Below, piece after piece: positions 1 through 13,400 of a stretch of 64,000 nucleotides of DNA. This DNA comes from Trichoplax adhaerens (Eukaryota > Animalia > Placozoa): positions 124,001 to 188,000 of the forward strand of contig NW_002060948.1 of assembly GCF_000150275.1 (NCBI RefSeq), in the 5' to 3' direction. The notes under the pieces are model-generated. The model did not search any database, was not told where the DNA came from, and worked only from the letters and a program-made list of their open reading frames with translations. The translations under genes and the position numbers were made by a program. Position 1 is the stretch's first letter; the number at the start of each line of letters is the position of its first letter.

Positions 1-130
1 GATAGTCATAAGTTGCTGCTACACTTATGGCTCATAAACACTAGCAATGAAATCAATATAAAAACTTTCATCTATAATACAATATCTACGATGATTAATG
101 CAATATCTGTTTCACTCAATATTAATTTAG

Positions 131-3100
131 GCTGTTGCTCAAAATCCATTTAATATCAGCGAATTTTTGGGCCCATGGGTTTACCAGATGGGTTACCCAG
201 TGGTTAATGTAACTCGAGATACACAGAACAATCAAGGTGTTATGACTCAACAAAGGTAACGTGTAGTTCTTGAACTATCTATATTCTATAATGTTGATAA
301 GAATATGATTTACTAATATGATGATATCATTCCTGAAGCAATCTTGTCCGTTAAAATAATTCTGTTATGGTTATAGTAATCTGCCTTTACTGAAAGTATT
401 TTATAATAGCTTAGTTCAAATTTAAAAAATTTTCCTCTTCTAAAATCATTTGCATCGATTCATAACAGATATCTTAATAACAAGGACGCAAATCCAAGTC
501 AGGAAGGAACTGGATCTCCATATGTGTCACCATACCAGTAAGTAATAATTATCTGCTATATCTGTAAATTGTAGGACATTTTCATAGAGTTAATCCTAGG
601 GATATAGTAAATTATTTAAAAAGCAATTATAATCTTCTTGAGTTTGTGCGATCTCAATCTAATTTCATAAGGAATTTCCAATTAGGAAGAAATAGATAAC
701 ACTAATATATTAATTGATTTTTGATATGAAGCATCTGAAATCTATTTATGATAAAAATTAATTCATATTATTGATAATTATTTCCCTTGACAGATACAAA
801 TGGACAATCCCAGTAAACTATTATGATCAAGCATCATCTAATGTCAGACGAGTTGTCTTTGGAATGAATGATGGTAAAGCCTATATACTGAACAGTTCTA
901 TTGAGGAAGTAAACTGTTCATAGATCAACATTTCTAACATTGGTATTTGATTATATAGCTCAAGCTGTTGTTCCTTGGCCTGCAAATAGCTGGATCAAAT
1001 TGAATGCTAACCAAATGGGATTCTATCGTGTTATGTATCCAATCGATAACTGGAATCGTCTAGCTACTGCTTTGCAAAGTAATCTAAATGTAAGTGCAGT
1101 AATTAATAAACTAAAATTTTAATGGCCAATATTATATTCGTATAATGACAGCTTCGTTTATGCCCCCGAAATCGAAAAATATTATATCCTAGCATATTAA
1201 TCTCCTGTAATCGTATCTCTTTCTAAAATAATTATAGGTGTTGCTGAATACAGACAGAGCTAATCTGTTAGATGATGCTTTCACTTTTGCTTTGTACGTA
1301 TAACTTATCAACAGCCTTGAAAATGCACGATTTTCATAATCTTAAAGAGTACGCTTTAAATATCATAATTACTAACATTATGTATCTTCCAACCCGATTC
1401 TATTAGGACTAAGCGCCTCGATATTACTGTACCTTTAAGTCTTACCAAGTATATGTCAAATGAGGTCGACCATCTGCCATGGACCGTTGTTTCCAATAAC
1501 TTTTTCAACTTTCGGTTACGACTTTCCAACAGACAGTCTTTCCAACATTTTGTGGTAGGTTTTCCAATGAATATTGTGATAGCAGTAAAATGTTAGATGT
1601 ATTTTATTGTTAGTATATTTTCCTATAGAATAAAAAGTGATTGATATTAGCAATAAATTTATAAGCTTAGCTATCGGATATTTATTTAAATTATGAGTCT
1701 GCTTATTGCTTTTACTTATTAAGCTTGCGATAGAATTCAGTTACAGGACGTAGTATAATTATGAGAACATAGTTTGCCATGGTTATAGTTACATGTAGAT
1801 TTAATTGACTTATATTGTTGATCACTTGTAAGCTGGGCTGAAATCTGAATTAGAATGGCGCTGCTACATTAACTCACGAAGGATGTTAGGAGTAATCAAT
1901 TGTAGATATCAGACATTAGTATTAACTTTGTATGATGCCAGACATGTATATGATATTGTAATGATCTACTAATGTTAAAAGATTAATGGTTATATTCTAT
2001 TGTGATACTTTTTATAACAGAAATATAATTTAAAGATCTCTGGTCCTCCAGCCGATAGACTCCAATTTTTGGATACCGGAGGCTTCATGGAAAAGTAAGT
2101 ATGAAAATAAGGAGGAGATATGTAGCAGATATTCCTAGTTAACTTTTACAAGTGTTGTCAAATTACTAATATAATCATCGTTGCCAACAAGCTTCTTTTG
2201 CATTAACCCAATTAATATTTATTATCACTTCATTTAGGAGCGCTCGATACACAGTTTTGAACACTGCCTGTGGTGCTGGTTATGTTCCATGCATTAATAA
2301 TGCTAGCGCTATATTAGCAAAATACATGATGAATAAAGTGGCTAACAAGTTAGTTCTATTTCTTTTCATTTCTTTTTAATTACATATGCAATATACCCAT
2401 ATGCACTAATTTACCCGAAGATCAATAGTATTTGATACTTTGATTACTTTGTAAGATGTATTAGAGATACACCTATAAGATGAGATCTGTGATTTTTAAA
2501 TCAGTTTACTTCTAATCGTATAGTGTTCCAGCCACATACAGAACCATCGTCTTTAGATATGGTATTGCCTATGGTGGTGTTGCAGAATGGGATGCTCTCT
2601 ATAATGAGATGAGACAATCATTGGATATTACTGATAGAGGACGAATCTTAAATGCCTTATCCTATGCTCGTCAACCATGGATTTTGAGAAGGTCAATAAT
2701 CAAATCCTGCTATCTAAACCGTTCTAATTTTAATCAATTTACAATATCCTTTCACGATGGCATTTATGAGAATGTATTCTATTTTGACATTAAGCAACAT
2801 TAAATTTACTAATAGTTAAGGATCATAGTAAATTTGTGATCATTCTGATAAATGCAATAGTGGATCAATTCGAATCCAAACGTATGATGTTCGTATACAA
2901 TATTATTCTTGAGATGGCGTTGCAGTATGGCACTGATCTGTGTCAATGACCGAGGATATTTTGATGTGCTTAATTAGCGTTGTTTTAGAGTATCAAGAAT
3001 ATTGAAATATAAATCTATGCTATAGCTATTAGAAGAACAGCAAGCATTACATCACAATTTCATGAAGATTAATTAATATTTATAGTATCCATTTATGATG

Positions 3101-4113
3101 GTATTTTCGAGATGGCATTCTATTTCGAAATTCAGTAACATTAGATTTACTAATAGTTCAGGATCATAGTGAAATTACGACCATTCTGTTAAATGTAATA
3201 TTAGATCAATTCGTAATCTAAATGTATGATATTCGCGTACAATATTATTCTAGAGAAGGAGTTGTAGCATGGTTTTGATTTGTATCAAATGATTGAAGAT
3301 ACTATTGATTCACTTAATGAGCTTTGTTTTGGAGCGTCAAAAATATTGAAATATAAACCTACATTATAGCTATTAGAAGAGTCGTGAGAATTATCACAGT
3401 TTCGTAGAGATTAATACCCTAAAAAAATGAGTTAGTAAAAACACTTTGGCTAGGAATAGCAGAATAATCCTTTTACTAATTTCTTTACAGATTCTTGAAT
3501 TATTCCATGGATCCAACCAAGATTTCTGCCTCATCTACTTTCACTGTCTTTACCTTTGTCAGTCGTAATCCTGTTGGACGCTATCTTGCTTGGGATTATT
3601 TCCGTGAAAATCAAGCTTTCATCAAGCAAAGGTAATAAGTTACTAAAGTTTATATTCAATGCGATCATATATCCTAATTTGTTATCAAGGCATTAATAAC
3701 TTACGCTCTCTTTTGACTCCATTCAGGTATGGATCAACAAGAACTTTATTAAGTATTGTCACCCAATACTTTAATGATCAATTCAGGCTAGACGAGGTAA
3801 GTTTTCTGATATGAATCATTGATCTAATCAATGTTAATTTGACATAAAGCCGATCTATGACGAAAATTCTTTAATTCAGTCATGCTACAAGAATAATATA
3901 GGCCATTCAGCGATCGGTGCAACCTTCTCTAATTCTATGTTTCCAAATCATTTCCTATAATATCTCTAGGTCAGGAAATATATTGCTGCCTATCCGGAAA
4001 CAACATTAGCCGCTAAAGCTACAGAAAATGGCATCATTGCTCGTATCCAAAACAATATGCGATACTTGACTGATTTCGAGTCAAAAATGAGTACTTGGTT
4101 TTCACAAAATTAA
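131..4113 (+). CDS. M1 family aminopeptidase (APN/APA-like), paralogue 1; 3' part only (domain III and ERAP1_C-like domain IV), 5' end lies upstream of the window
   Basis: GT-AG exons spliced by hand in one frame: 131-255, 469-537, 794-873, 959-1089, 1238-1293, 1407-1554, 2021-2094, 2238-2348, 2524-2691, 3491-3631, 3727-3796, 3970-4113 (TAA). Motifs: PWVYQMGYPVV, YKWTIPV, WIKLNANQMGFYRVMY, DRANLLDDAF, NPVGRYLAWDY. Confidence 0.93.
2745..3415. repeat. Intronic tandem duplication, 2 x ~340 bp, diverged
   Basis: ~2745-3075 and ~3086-3415 align along their length, e.g. ATTTACTAATAGTT.AGGATCATAGT, ACAATATTATTCT, ATATTGAAATATAAA, TATAGCTATTAGAAGA. Confidence 0.85.
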
Positions 4114-4771
4114 GATGGCAATGTGATTAATAAAAAGGAAACAGTGAATAATCGATCATTTTCACTAGTAACACTAATAATATAAATGGTAGATTAAATT
4201 AAAAGTTTTACTTAGTATCAAGCGGGCCATCATTTAAAAATGCTGTAGAAAATAGAGTGTTTGGTAATATATTGATAATTTTAAATATTTTATGTTAGCT
4301 TATTGGGCGACTTCATCAGTATTGATCTAAGCTTATGCACCGCATAACTATTATATTTTGCCAATATGCAATTTGCAGTCTTCTCTATAGTCAAGGCGAG
4401 CTACAATAATCAATTCTAGCAATGATATGCTGAAATCGGTACTAAGACTTCATGGTGTAATGTTATTTTAGTTTAACTTTTAATCACGGCAATATTCAAG
4501 TATTGATCATGATAAAATAGCAAATGGATTGTTTAAGAATAGTTCAGCTCATTTTTTATTTGGTATGATTTCCAAACCTAGACCATAAGATGTTAGTTAA
4601 CCGTAGTACCTCTTTCGCTAGATTCGGTTATTTGCAATGATGAAAACTCGGTTGTACCACAATTTCATCGTTGTTGTCGGTAATTGTTGTATTTTTACCC
4701 CATCGATTGTAGGAATAAAATGATCTTTTAGAGCTAAAAATACAGGGTGTTGGTTTCTTATTCTTCTTTAT

Positions 4772-4980
4772 TTCTTCAAAATAACACTAATATATCACAA
4801 GACATAGCGCCAAAGCTAATTGCTTTAAACATGAGTAGATAATTATCTCACTATCAGATTACTAACTATCTTACTGTATTAGCTACTTTTTCTCCCTCAT
4901 TTCCTCAAAATAGCACTACTATATCACTAAGATCAATTACCTTTAACATGAACAGATGATTTTATTTCACTATCGGATAT
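4772..4980. repeat. Degenerate direct repeat, 2 x ~85 bp, intergenic
   Basis: TCAAAATA.CACTA.TATATCAC...TTT(A)AACATGA...TCACTATC.GAT at ~4772-4860 and ~4901-4980. Confidence 0.65.
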
Positions 4981-7480
4981 CTGATGCTGTAGTTGAAGAT
5001 TAACAGTGATCGTATGATTTATAGTTTTGTAAAGAAATTCAATCTAATAAGCAATAAGATGGAATCAAAGCATGAAGTTATTCAATGATTATAAAATTGA
5101 CTATATTGAAATATACCATCCTAAAAAATGATGATTCACTAAATTTAATGAGGTGCTGCTAACTAATTTTAGGAGTGCTATAGGGATGTCCAGGATGGAC
5201 TTATTGATTGCTTATTATAATATTGCTTATTAGTATACGATCAATTAGCCGACGAGTTAACTTTAAAATACAGCGGTCAGACATGAACTACTGAGCTTAA
5301 TTATCTTAAAACCGATGCTATCAAATGCAAATAGTATGGCGATATTGAAGTTATAATAGTAGTAAAATATTGATGATGCATCATAAGCCATGACTGCAAG
5401 CCTTAGCATAGAAATTTAAAATCTTTCGCATTCAGCGAGTAAATGAATTGTTTATTATTCGCAAATAGTCATCAACCTATCGATCTAACGATAATAGAAA
5501 TCTTTAAAATGATTCGAGAATCGAGAAAAAATAACCGGTATTCTATTCTTTTAAGGTATTAAACTAAATAGAGCAACAATTATGTAATATTATAGCCTCG
5601 CTTGACATGTGATAAAGTAAGAAGTGAAAGATTCAATTTAGCCGTAAGTAAGATCAGTTTTAGTGATGTCGAAAGTGAAGAATAATAAATGTACTCGCAA
5701 TTAATAAAATATTAGCGAACCTTAATTATAATCTGTAAAGCATAGGCTAGAACGGAAGTAATGCTATAAATGAAATACTACTTTTCTGTTACGTAGCTAA
5801 TGGAAATTTGGAATAGTAGATTAGTGTCTGCTTTTTAAGTATAAATTAAGCAACAGTAATAAACTTTTAATTCGATTTAAGAAAGGAAAGAATAGGATCA
5901 TTCAGTGTAAGAAACTAGAGAGATCTCTTGATTAGCTATAGCAAATTGAGTATTTACATATCACATTGATGCTTAAATTATCAATGTTACTGCTGCTTGC
6001 TCCTATAGTAGCCTATAGAAGGGCTCTATCTAATAGGTGTTTTCTCAACTGGGCTTGTTAAATGTTAATTAGATAGAACTTTATTTAAAACAGTAACGAC
6101 GGCATGAAAACTGTATAGAGTTGATGGAGAAGCTGTTTAAATAGGACGGAACGTGTCGTTACCCAAATGGAAAAATGTACTTAAATAAATGAAGAATAGC
6201 GGTCGAGTAGTGCATTTCAGTTAGACAAAGCTATAATAAAATGACTGTTACTAAATTATATATAATCTACTAGTATAGCAATTAAGAATATTGGAAATAA
6301 CTAGCTGTATCAGTTCTTTCGTGCACAAACTTCAAATAATTCAGGTACCGGTATCAATTACTTTGAAATGAAATTGGCACAAAAGCAATCGTTAAAAACT
6401 ATTAACACCTAAAAGATTTCTTTACAATGAATTAAACATATCGTTTTACAGTAAGTTTCCTATTGTCATTTAAAAATCAACTAAAAGTTAATTGCCCATG
6501 CGATTAATTAAATAAGAATCATAGCGTTAATTGAAAGTTTTTACATGATATAAATAGCTTAATAGACAATTTTATCTACCGATACTGAAATTTAATAGTC
6601 TACAAACGCAGAAAAATATGGAAATGATTTGTTATAAATTGTGCAATTAAAAATTAGCCAGATTAAAATATAATTCAAGAGCAATTGAAAAGTCCTTCAT
6701 AATTGGCTCAACTAATACAGGAGTTCTCGATAAATTAATTATTAAAAGCTTATGCTCCAATTCATGCTAAAGTGAACAGTATTGGTTGTGAATTGAAAGA
6801 ATAGCAACATCCTAGAATAGATAGATTTATAAGTGGACACTTATCAGTCAACATCCACCATTTACGTTGAAAATCAATGTACTATAAGTTAGGAGAATAA
6901 ATTTAAGTGATAATTAAAGTAGAAATTGGCAATTCTGACAATGATAAATTAGAAGAGTAAATTTATAACGTTGATCGACCGATATCTTGATTTATATGTG
7001 GCAAGAATGAACGGTAGGACTTGCCCTAAGGCGTTCTAGTCATAATAGGTGTTCATACGAGTATAGTAGCTCTAAAGGCGGACCGATTGAATTTGTAACA
7101 TATGAATTGACTAGACACCTGATCAAACAGTTCATTAATTATGCTTATTAAGAGTATAATTGATTATTTGATTGCGTAAACTATATAACGAAAAACTCTA
7201 CACTTATATTAAAAATAAGTATTGTTCATCGCGTTTACTTTGATCACTGCTGAATTTACGACAAATAAAAATTAAAATTGCTACTATGCAACCTGGAATA
7301 ATGTCAATTTTTAACCAAACGGTTTAATAATTTCCATGATCATGTTGACATAAGCCATTGTTGGCCTGGCTTAGTTATAGAATCAATTCGGTATATATAA
7401 ATTGGTTAACTTAATATCGTAAATTATTGTCATTCTTCCTTGCTGATGGGGGGTGTGCGTGAAAGTAGTTGAAGTTGATC

Positions 7481-10400
7481 ATGTCTGAAAAGAATCATCC
7501 TTCATATCATGAAAATGATCATGCTGAGAAACAAAATGGCATATATTGCAGTCTTGTTAATTTGGTTACTTTTATTGCAGTTTGTGTCATCCTTATCGTT
7601 ACAGTTGGCCTGATTACAGGATTAATAAGTCATCGAATTATAGTCAAATCAACACCTATATCCTCTACCGTTAGGCATACAACTCCTACCATGATACCTA
7701 CAACACTAACAGGACCTAAATATAGTCAGTTAAGTAATCCACGCTTACCAAATACCGTTCGACCGTTGAATTATACATTCCAACTTGATCTCGATATGAA
7801 TCAATTCAAGATTAATGGTATTAATGTCATTGAAATTAATGTTACGTCTACGACGAATATCATTCTTGTCCATGCTGATGGGCTAACCATGTTGGCAGCG
7901 CCACAAGTGGCTAACCATGCTAATTTCAACACAAATTCTACAAATTTTGTAGTCGCTGATCATGGCACTTATGCCAAGAATAGTTATTACTACGTGGTAT
8001 TACGAGAGAATTTAGCTATTGGAGTATATTATATCAAGTTTAATTATGTTGCAGCTATATCTTCCGGTCTTTTTGGACTTTACAAATATCAGTATACAAG
8101 AGCTTTCGATCATGAAGTCATGTAAGTGATTGGAATCCTAATAATTTCAATTCCTAATACGATAGATTGACTACCAATTCTAATCCAATCGATATTCTAA
8201 TTGTAGCAGATATTTTATTCTGCTATAATCAATATATTCCATTTCTATCTTGATTTTTAATTTGAAATATTATGGGCGTCTTGAATGATATGTGACCGCA
8301 CATGATAGCTGGGGTATAGCTAGCCAACTTGAGGCCTCCTATGCAAGGCAAGTTTTGCCATGCTTTGATGAACCAGCATTAAAAGCAAGATTTACTGCAA
8401 CTATCATTATACCCAATAATTATACAACACGATGGAATATGCCTCTACTGAAGAAGGAAGCTATGGCTAACAATAAGAATCGCTACCAGTTTGGCAGTAT
8501 GTGCTACTTATAAATAGTTACTTGAATTAGTCTAGAACGACAGCAGCATGAGATATTATTGACCACATTTAAGCTATTTAGAAGTGATATAATACATTAA
8601 CTCTTTCAAATCTATACTTTTTATATTTTAGCTACAGTTACTAGATCTACTTTTAACTGGAATAACCATTTAAAATGATCTTTCTGCCGTAATTTATTCT
8701 GCTATTGGTAAATAAGTGAATTCTTCTTAGAGCTTTTGATATGCTAATATCATTGCGAATAATTACTATATTTACTCTAACGAAGATTACAATCATGAAT
8801 CATTTTTTGCTGCAATTTATTTTGATTTTACGAAAAAATCATCTTATCTTAGTGGCCTTCACTACCTTACCTACTTTAATTAGGAGAATGATATACAAGA
8901 GGAATATTTCCTAATGTAGTTCGCAATATTTTAACTGATCCATTGATTTCATTCAAGCAACTTTGGTCATACCAACACATTTGCTGGCATTTACCATATT
9001 TACTCGTCTGAAATATTCACGTAAAATAATGATTTCATTATCTTAAATTAATACATTAACTATTTAATTTCAGCAACACTGGTTATGTCGACATATTTGC
9101 TGGCATTTACCGTTGACAATTTTGACTTTGTAGAAGGCAGAACTGCACGTAATACTCGAGTAAGAAAACTTCATTACGATTGCATTTCTATTAGATTAAG
9201 AATAAATGTATAATTTCAAGCTAATTTGATGTTCTTTTTCGAAAATGAGTATATTTATCACCTTAATTAATAGCCATCTTTTCTTAACATTAAAAGATTA
9301 GGGTATATGCTCGCGAATCGGTCAAAAACGATACTTACTTCGCCTTAGGAGTTGCCACAAATATGACGGAATTCTTTGAAAATTTACTAGCTATTCCATA
9401 CCCTTTGCCTAAACAAGGTGCTGGATTATCCTAACTTAATAGTTTTATAAAGAGATCATCTTGCAATTGCTAGATAATTTAGCATCCAAGCCATTATTGA
9501 CTTTTTAGAAATCCTGATAGTGATTAAAATATTAATACTAATGTTGAATTGAATTAATATCAACAAGCATGTGTTCGAGATAGTTATACATATGTTAAGC
9601 ATAGGGATAATGGATGTTTTTAACGAATACAGACCATGTCGCTATTCCTGCATTTTCGTTTACTGGTATGGAAAATTGGGGGTTATGTCTTTATCGGGAG
9701 CAATTTATAATTTATAATTACTATTTGACGACGTTAACTTTCAAAAGAGCGATTGCAACGACCATTACTAACGAAATAGCTCATATGGTAATTGAATATT
9801 ACACTATTCTAATTAAATCTATTTCGCAATATTAGTAATCTTTAGATGTATATATTTGTAATAACAATACGTTTATGTTATACACATCTAATAATTTAAT
9901 AATTTAAAATTATTAGTAATGTAAATGCATGATAGAATCGTTCAGTGTTGCTTATCTTTCTTTCGTTTTACGCTTTTTTAAATCTAGTGGTTTGGTAATT
10001 TGGTGACAATGACATTTTGGAATCATTTATGGACCAAGGAAGGAATGGCTACATTCTTGTCCTCTTACGCTGCTAATACTTACTTACCATCTATGAAATT
10101 GGTTAGAATGAATTTTTTGTTATCATTGATTAGTCTATTCTGAGATATCCAAGGATAATTTTAACTATCTTTGCTACAAAATGTTATTTTATAAAATAAA
10201 ATCTTAATTTTCTGGTGTTGACGATTAATAATCTATGTGTAGATGGAATTCTTTACTGTTGATGAACTACGAAATGGTCTTGTTATTGACTCTTCTGCTT
10301 CTCATCCCCTTGTGCCTCCTGCTCAATATGGCCCTTTCTTTGATGTAATAACATACTCAAAGGTATTTACAAGAGAATATAATGTACAATCTCTCCGTAG

Positions 10401-13400
10401 ACTTTGCCGATAATATTAAGTTGGCTTGTGCTATCATACAGTTCATTTAGAATATTTTCAATGGTAATGTCTTACTAAATTACCTTGCCAATGGTTAAAA
10501 AGTAAAGAAAAAACTAATTTCTTGCACCAAACTCTTACAATAGATCTTTATTCATAATTAAATTTACTTACCAATGCAAAACGCCTTGTGTTTAGGAATA
10601 AAATTAAAATTTCAGACTAAAATATGGTAATTCTTTTCCATTTTGTTTTGGCAAGGGTGGTTCAATTTTTCGTATGATACATAATTATGTGGGAAACGAC
10701 GATTTCGTAGCCAGTTTAAAGGTTTGTAATATGGCAGCTTTTGCTATCTTCTAGATAATTTCATGTAAATTCGTTTATTATTAGCTGTTATTAAATCTCG
10801 ATATTTCATTATTAATCTTATCGGAAATTGTATGCTCATTCTGTTTATTTCTGATCTGATCTAGCATTACTTAACCAAGTTCAGCTATAAAACAGCTATT
10901 ACAGAGCAACTTTTTGCTGTTATGACTACGGTTAGATGATTTTTCAAATCTAAATATTAACAAGTAACGAAGTTCTTCGCTTTCTAGTTATAATCGTTCA
11001 CTATGTAACACGAAAGAATAACAAATTCAATTTGAATATCATTAACCGTTGCTAGACTATCAACAAGTTTAATGTCAGTAATTATTTCGACTGTTGGGTC
11101 TATCAAATGGGTTATCCATTGGTCACAGTAACACGCGATTCAAGCAATACTAATGGCGGAATAGTCAATCAGGCTCGGTACTTGTCCAACACGAATGCTA
11201 ACCCTTCAGTTGATAATCCTACATCTCCGTACAAATCAACATGTGGGTGAGTAAATTAAAGTTTTTATATTTGTCATGGGTGATCTAGTTGTTCTACGGT
11301 ATCTTATGGGTAATTAATGTTATTGACGTAAATATATTTTCTTTAGCTATAAATGGAATATTCCCATCACTTATGTAACAAGTAATAACCCTACAACTAC
11401 AATGAAAGCGAATTTTTACAAAAATACCAGTTAGTATTACAATAATATCAAAATTAAGCTGTACAACTGTTAGTTAATCGTTTGTCTACTGGTATATGGT
11501 TAAGGAATTTTATAAATTTTTCTAATAAAATAAATACATCAGTTATAGTTATACTGTCCAACTCTGTTAGGCAATCTCCAAATATCTTGGCCGAATAATA
11601 CCTGGATTAAAGCTAATATTGATCAGATTGGTTTTTATCGTGTAAACTATGATTTATCCAACTGGGATGCGCTAGCGACTGCTTTACAAATAGATCATTC
11701 CGTAAGGGTTTCTAAGATAAATTTATATATGGATGAGAATCGCCTTTACGATACGATATTTAATAAAGTAATGTGATAATACTCGATCACGAATATTCCA
11801 AATTGTAGAAAATTAGAACTTTATTAGATCTAATACAAAGACTAGCTACACACAGCTCTATTCTAGCCGAATACGACTACTGAAAGACTTCTAGAAAGAA
11901 CAATAAGATAATCTAATGTCTCCTACTTTTATACTCTCCGTAGCCTTCGCAGCTACAATCAGCATAGCAGCATTCTACTATAATTTACACTTAGTCAAAT
12001 TATTATTAGTAACAATATTTTACTGCGGACCATCATTAATCGGATATAAAAACAACTACAGTATTTCCGTAGATATTATTCTTAGTAGGCAAAGTACGGG
12101 AAACTAAGCATATCCTAATATAAGAATTACAGTTCTATTTTTACTTCAAGCCTTAATAGTAACTTAATGACACCTTACCATATATAGTCATCTGTACTGT
12201 AGCATAGAATCTACCATTACAGTCCATAGTAGTGAACTACTAAATACGTCTTAAGATAAATATAGAAAGTTGCGCTTCCGTACATCTTACTAAACATAGC
12301 TAATAGTCTACAATCACAATACTAAGTTTCGTTATAAGTAATTACTCAATTCTAGCTAATATATTTTAGTCATGTGCAAGCCATTACAATTAGACGTAAT
12401 TGTGTAGAATATTTGCAAAAAAATTAAAATTCTACAGTTAATTATTATTTGCGACTACAAATATTTATTTTTAGGTATTATCCAATTTAGATATTGCTAG
12501 CTTATTGGATGATGCTTTCCAGTTTGCGGCGTAAGATAATTAAACTTTTATACGGCAAAATTTTCGCAAAATGCAGAATAGCATCAGTAGTAGAATCGTA
12601 CTCACGTATATTCTAGACTTACAGCTATTTAAAATATATTATTTTTTATTACTTTACTGTTACTCGCAAGTTAATTGTTAATAGTTCGTTTGATGATGTA
12701 CACGTAATGCTTCAATTTATCACTTTAGAAATGATATGGTTGATTATATGGCTCCTCTTAATTTGACCAAGTACTTAAGCAAAGAAATAGATTTCTTACC
12801 TTGGCATACGGCTAACAAGCATCTAGATACTATAGGTGGGCGCCTCGCTGGTAGTAGCTATTATCAAGACTATATTGTAAGTTTACCTGATGATTTATCC
12901 TTTTCCTGAGCATAGAACAATCGAAAAAATATTGCTCATGAAAGGTTATCTGGTATAAAGTATTACCTTGACTAACTACCAAGCTGATAACTAATATGGC
13001 CTATAAAGTAATCTGAAGTTTACGATTATCTTCGCTAATTTATTAGCAATATCACCTCCAAATTTTAAAACCAGCTGTTGATACATTAGGAGTGATAGAC
13101 ATTGGCACTGATATCGAAAAGTAAGTTATTAGCTTCAACTTGATTGAGATCATAGTGCATAATTAAACTGAAGTTTACCAGAGGAATATATATTTATAAT
13201 GATCAATTAAATATTAAATGAAAATATTTATTCGTTGCGACATATTAAAGGCATCACTGTTAGTGATGCTATAGCATACGCTAGGACTAATATATGTTTC
13301 GAACTAGAATGATTGCAAGAAGGTTGCCTTACCTACTGCGATTTTTTTTAAATGTATATCTAACAATATCTAGACCATTTCGATATCTTGGTTCTTGCCA

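Noticed and set aside
11916-12107. 63-aa hydrophobic ORF inside the interspersed element
   Set aside because: No equivalent ORF is listed for the second copy (51794-52314), and the hydrophobicity reflects AT-rich codons.
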